A stretch of DNA of 63,877 nucleotides, the filler included, from Octopus bimaculoides (Eukaryota): assembly GCF_001194135.2 (NCBI RefSeq). It is 6 parts of 6 records of this genome, joined end to end, with 100 filler letters (N's around TTAATTAATTAA, not from the genome) between each part and the next. Parts side by side here need not be neighbours in the genome. Positions count along the whole stretch, not along the records: positions 61,810 to 63,877 come from NW_026297786.1; 5 more parts are not named here. One strand, written 5' to 3'. The position numbers and the translations under genes were made by a program. The notes beneath the pieces were generated by a model. The model ran no database searches. It worked only from the letters and a program-made list of their open reading frames with translations, and had not been told where the DNA came from. Positions 61,810 to 63,877 of this stretch are shown here, in pieces (position 1 is the stretch's first letter; each line of letters starts with the position of its first letter).

Positions 61810-63877
61810 AGAATGTGGAGTGAAAGGAGCTCACTTTCGTCACTAACTGTAGATGCAGATAGAAGAGGCGCTGATAGAGAAGATGTGCGTGAGAGAGAGA
61901 AAGAATGTGGAGTAAAAGGAGCTCGCTTTCGTTGTTAAATGTAGATGCAGATACAGGCGGGGCTGATAGAGATGATGTGCGTGAGAAAGAGGAAGAATGT
62001 GGAGTCAAATGAGCTCACCTTCATCGCTAACTGTAGATGCAGATAGAGGCGGGTCTGATGGAGAAGATGTGCATGAGAGAGAGGAAGAATGTGGAGTGAA
62101 AGGAGCTCACCTTCGTCGCTAACTGTAGATGGAGATAGAGGCTGATAGAGAAGATGTGCGTGAGAGAGAGGAAGAATGTGGAGTGAAAGGAGCTCAGCTT
62201 CGTCGTTAACTGTAGATGCAGATAGAGGCGGGGCTGATAGAGATGATGTGCGTGAGAGAGAGAAAGAATGTGGAGTAAAAGGAGCTCACATTCGTCGCTA
62301 ACTGTAGATGCAGATAGAGGCGGGGCTTATAGAGAAGATGTGCATGAGAGAGGGAAAGAATGTTGAGTAAAAGGAGCTCACATTCGTCGCTAACTGTAGT
62401 TGATGATAGAGGTGTAGGCTGATAGAGATGATGTGCGTGAGAGAGGGAAAGAATGTTGAGTAAAAGGAGCTCACTTTCGTTGTTAACTGTAGATGCAGAT
62501 AGAGGCGGGGCTGATAGAGAAGATGTGCGTGGGTTAGGGGAAGAATGTGGAGTGAAAGGAGCTCACCTTCGTCGCTAACTGTAGATGCAGATAGAGGCGG
62601 GGCTGATAAAGAAGATGTGCGCGGGAGAGAGGATGAATGTGGAGTGAAAGGAGCTCACCTTCATCGCTAACGGTAGATGCAGATAGAGAAGATGTGCGTG
62701 AAAGAGAGAAAGAATGTGGAGTAAAAGGAGCTCATCTTCGTCGCTAACTGTAGATGCAGATAGAGGCGGGGCTGATGGAGAAGATGTGCATGAGAGAGAG
62801 AAAGAATGTGGAGTAAAAGGAGCTCACCTTCGTCACTTACTGTAGATGCAGATAGAGGCGGGGCTGATGGAGAAGATGTGCATGAGAGAGNNNNNNNNNN
62901 NNNNNNNNNNNNNNNNNNNNNNNNNNNNNNNNNNNNNNNNNNNNNNNNNNNNNNNNNNNNNNNNNNNNNNNNNNNNNNNNNNNNNNNNNNNNNNNNNNNN
63001 NNNNNNNNNNNNNNNNNNNNNNNNNNNNNNNNNNNNNNNNNNNNNNNNNNNNNNNNNNNNNNNNNNNNNNNNNNNNNNNNNNNNNNNNNNNNNNNNNNNN
63101 NNNNNNNNNNNNNNNNNNNNNNNNNNNNNNNNNNNNNNNNNNNNNNNNNNNNNNNNNNNNNNNNNNNNNNNNNNNNNNNNNNNNNNNNNNNNNNNNNNNN
63201 NNNNNNNNNNNNNNNNNNNNNNNNNNNNNNNNNNNNNNNNNNNNNNNNNNNNNNNNNNNNNNNNNNNNNNNNNNNNNNNNNNNNNNNNNNNNNNNNNNNN
63301 NNNNNNNNNNNNTAGATGCAGATAGAGAAGATGTGCGTGAAAGAGAGAAAGAATGTGGAGTAAAAGGAGCTCATCTTCGTCGCTAACTATAGATGCAGAT
63401 AGAGGCGGGGCTGATGGAGAAGCTGTGCGTGAGAGAGAGAAAGAATGTGGAGTGAAAGGAGCTCACCTTCGTCGCTAACTGTAGATGCAGATAGAAGCGG
63501 AGCTGAAAGAGAAGATGTGTGTGTGAGAGAGAAAGAATGTGGAGTGAAAGGAGCTCACTTTCATCGCTAACGGTAGATGCAGATAGAGGCGGGGCTGATA
63601 GAGATGATGTGCGTGAGAGAGAGGAAGAATGTGGAGTGAAATGAGCTCACCTTTGTCGCTAACTCTAGATGCAGATAGAGGTCGGGCTGATAGAGACGAT
63701 ATGCGTGAGAGAGAGAAAGAATGTGGAGTGAAAGAAGCTCACCTTCGTCGCTAACTGTAGATGCAGATCGAGGCGGGGCTGATAGAGACGATATGCGTGA
63801 GAGAGAGAAAGAATGTGGAGTGTAAGAAGCTCACCTTCGTCGCTAACTGTAGATGCAGATAGAGGCGGGGCTGATAG
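61810..63877. repeat. 92-bp satellite/minisatellite array, continuing past the window end
   Basis: GAATGTGGAG unit starts at 61811, 61903, 61995, 62087, 62174, 62266, 62358, 62451, 62543, 62635, 62712 and 62804, giving mostly 92-bp units with 87-, 93- and 77-bp variants. The array resumes after the gap at 63313. Confidence 0.95.

Noticed and set aside
61810-63877. Satellite as a coding repeat, CRISPR array, hammerhead array or CENP-B box carrier
   Set aside because: The 92-bp unit shifts frame and hits TAG/TGA every third unit. There are no unique spacers. CTGATAGA/CTGATGGA is not CUGANGA. CTTCGTCGCTAACTGTA matches only part of the CENP-B box.

Overview
Eukaryotic (animal) draft-assembly scaffold, AT-rich and dense in microsatellites, with many N gaps. 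The repeat families and microsatellite load resemble a coleoid cephalopod, probably Octopus (inference from recall; no search was run). Only one intact protein-coding gene is supported: an uninterrupted 315-aa small heat-shock protein with two tandem alpha-crystallin domains (25329-26276, +), preceded by a strong 5'UTR splice acceptor. The rest is a transposon graveyard: Penelope-like (PLE), RTE and R4/Dong-like retroelement remnants, Tc1 and DD37D (maT) transposon remnants, hAT and palindromic MITEs, at least four tRNA-type SINE families, local tandem duplications and a 92-bp satellite running off the right end. The most unusual signal is a set of minimal hammerhead-ribozyme-like motifs inside dispersed repeats. 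The best lies in a ~240-bp fold-back at 33953-34192 with an intact core on the minus strand, and degenerate versions lie at ~34105, ~57059 and possibly ~17569. Almost all other ORF-track entries are microsatellite or N-gap artefacts. No CRISPR, rRNA or genuine tRNA gene was seen.
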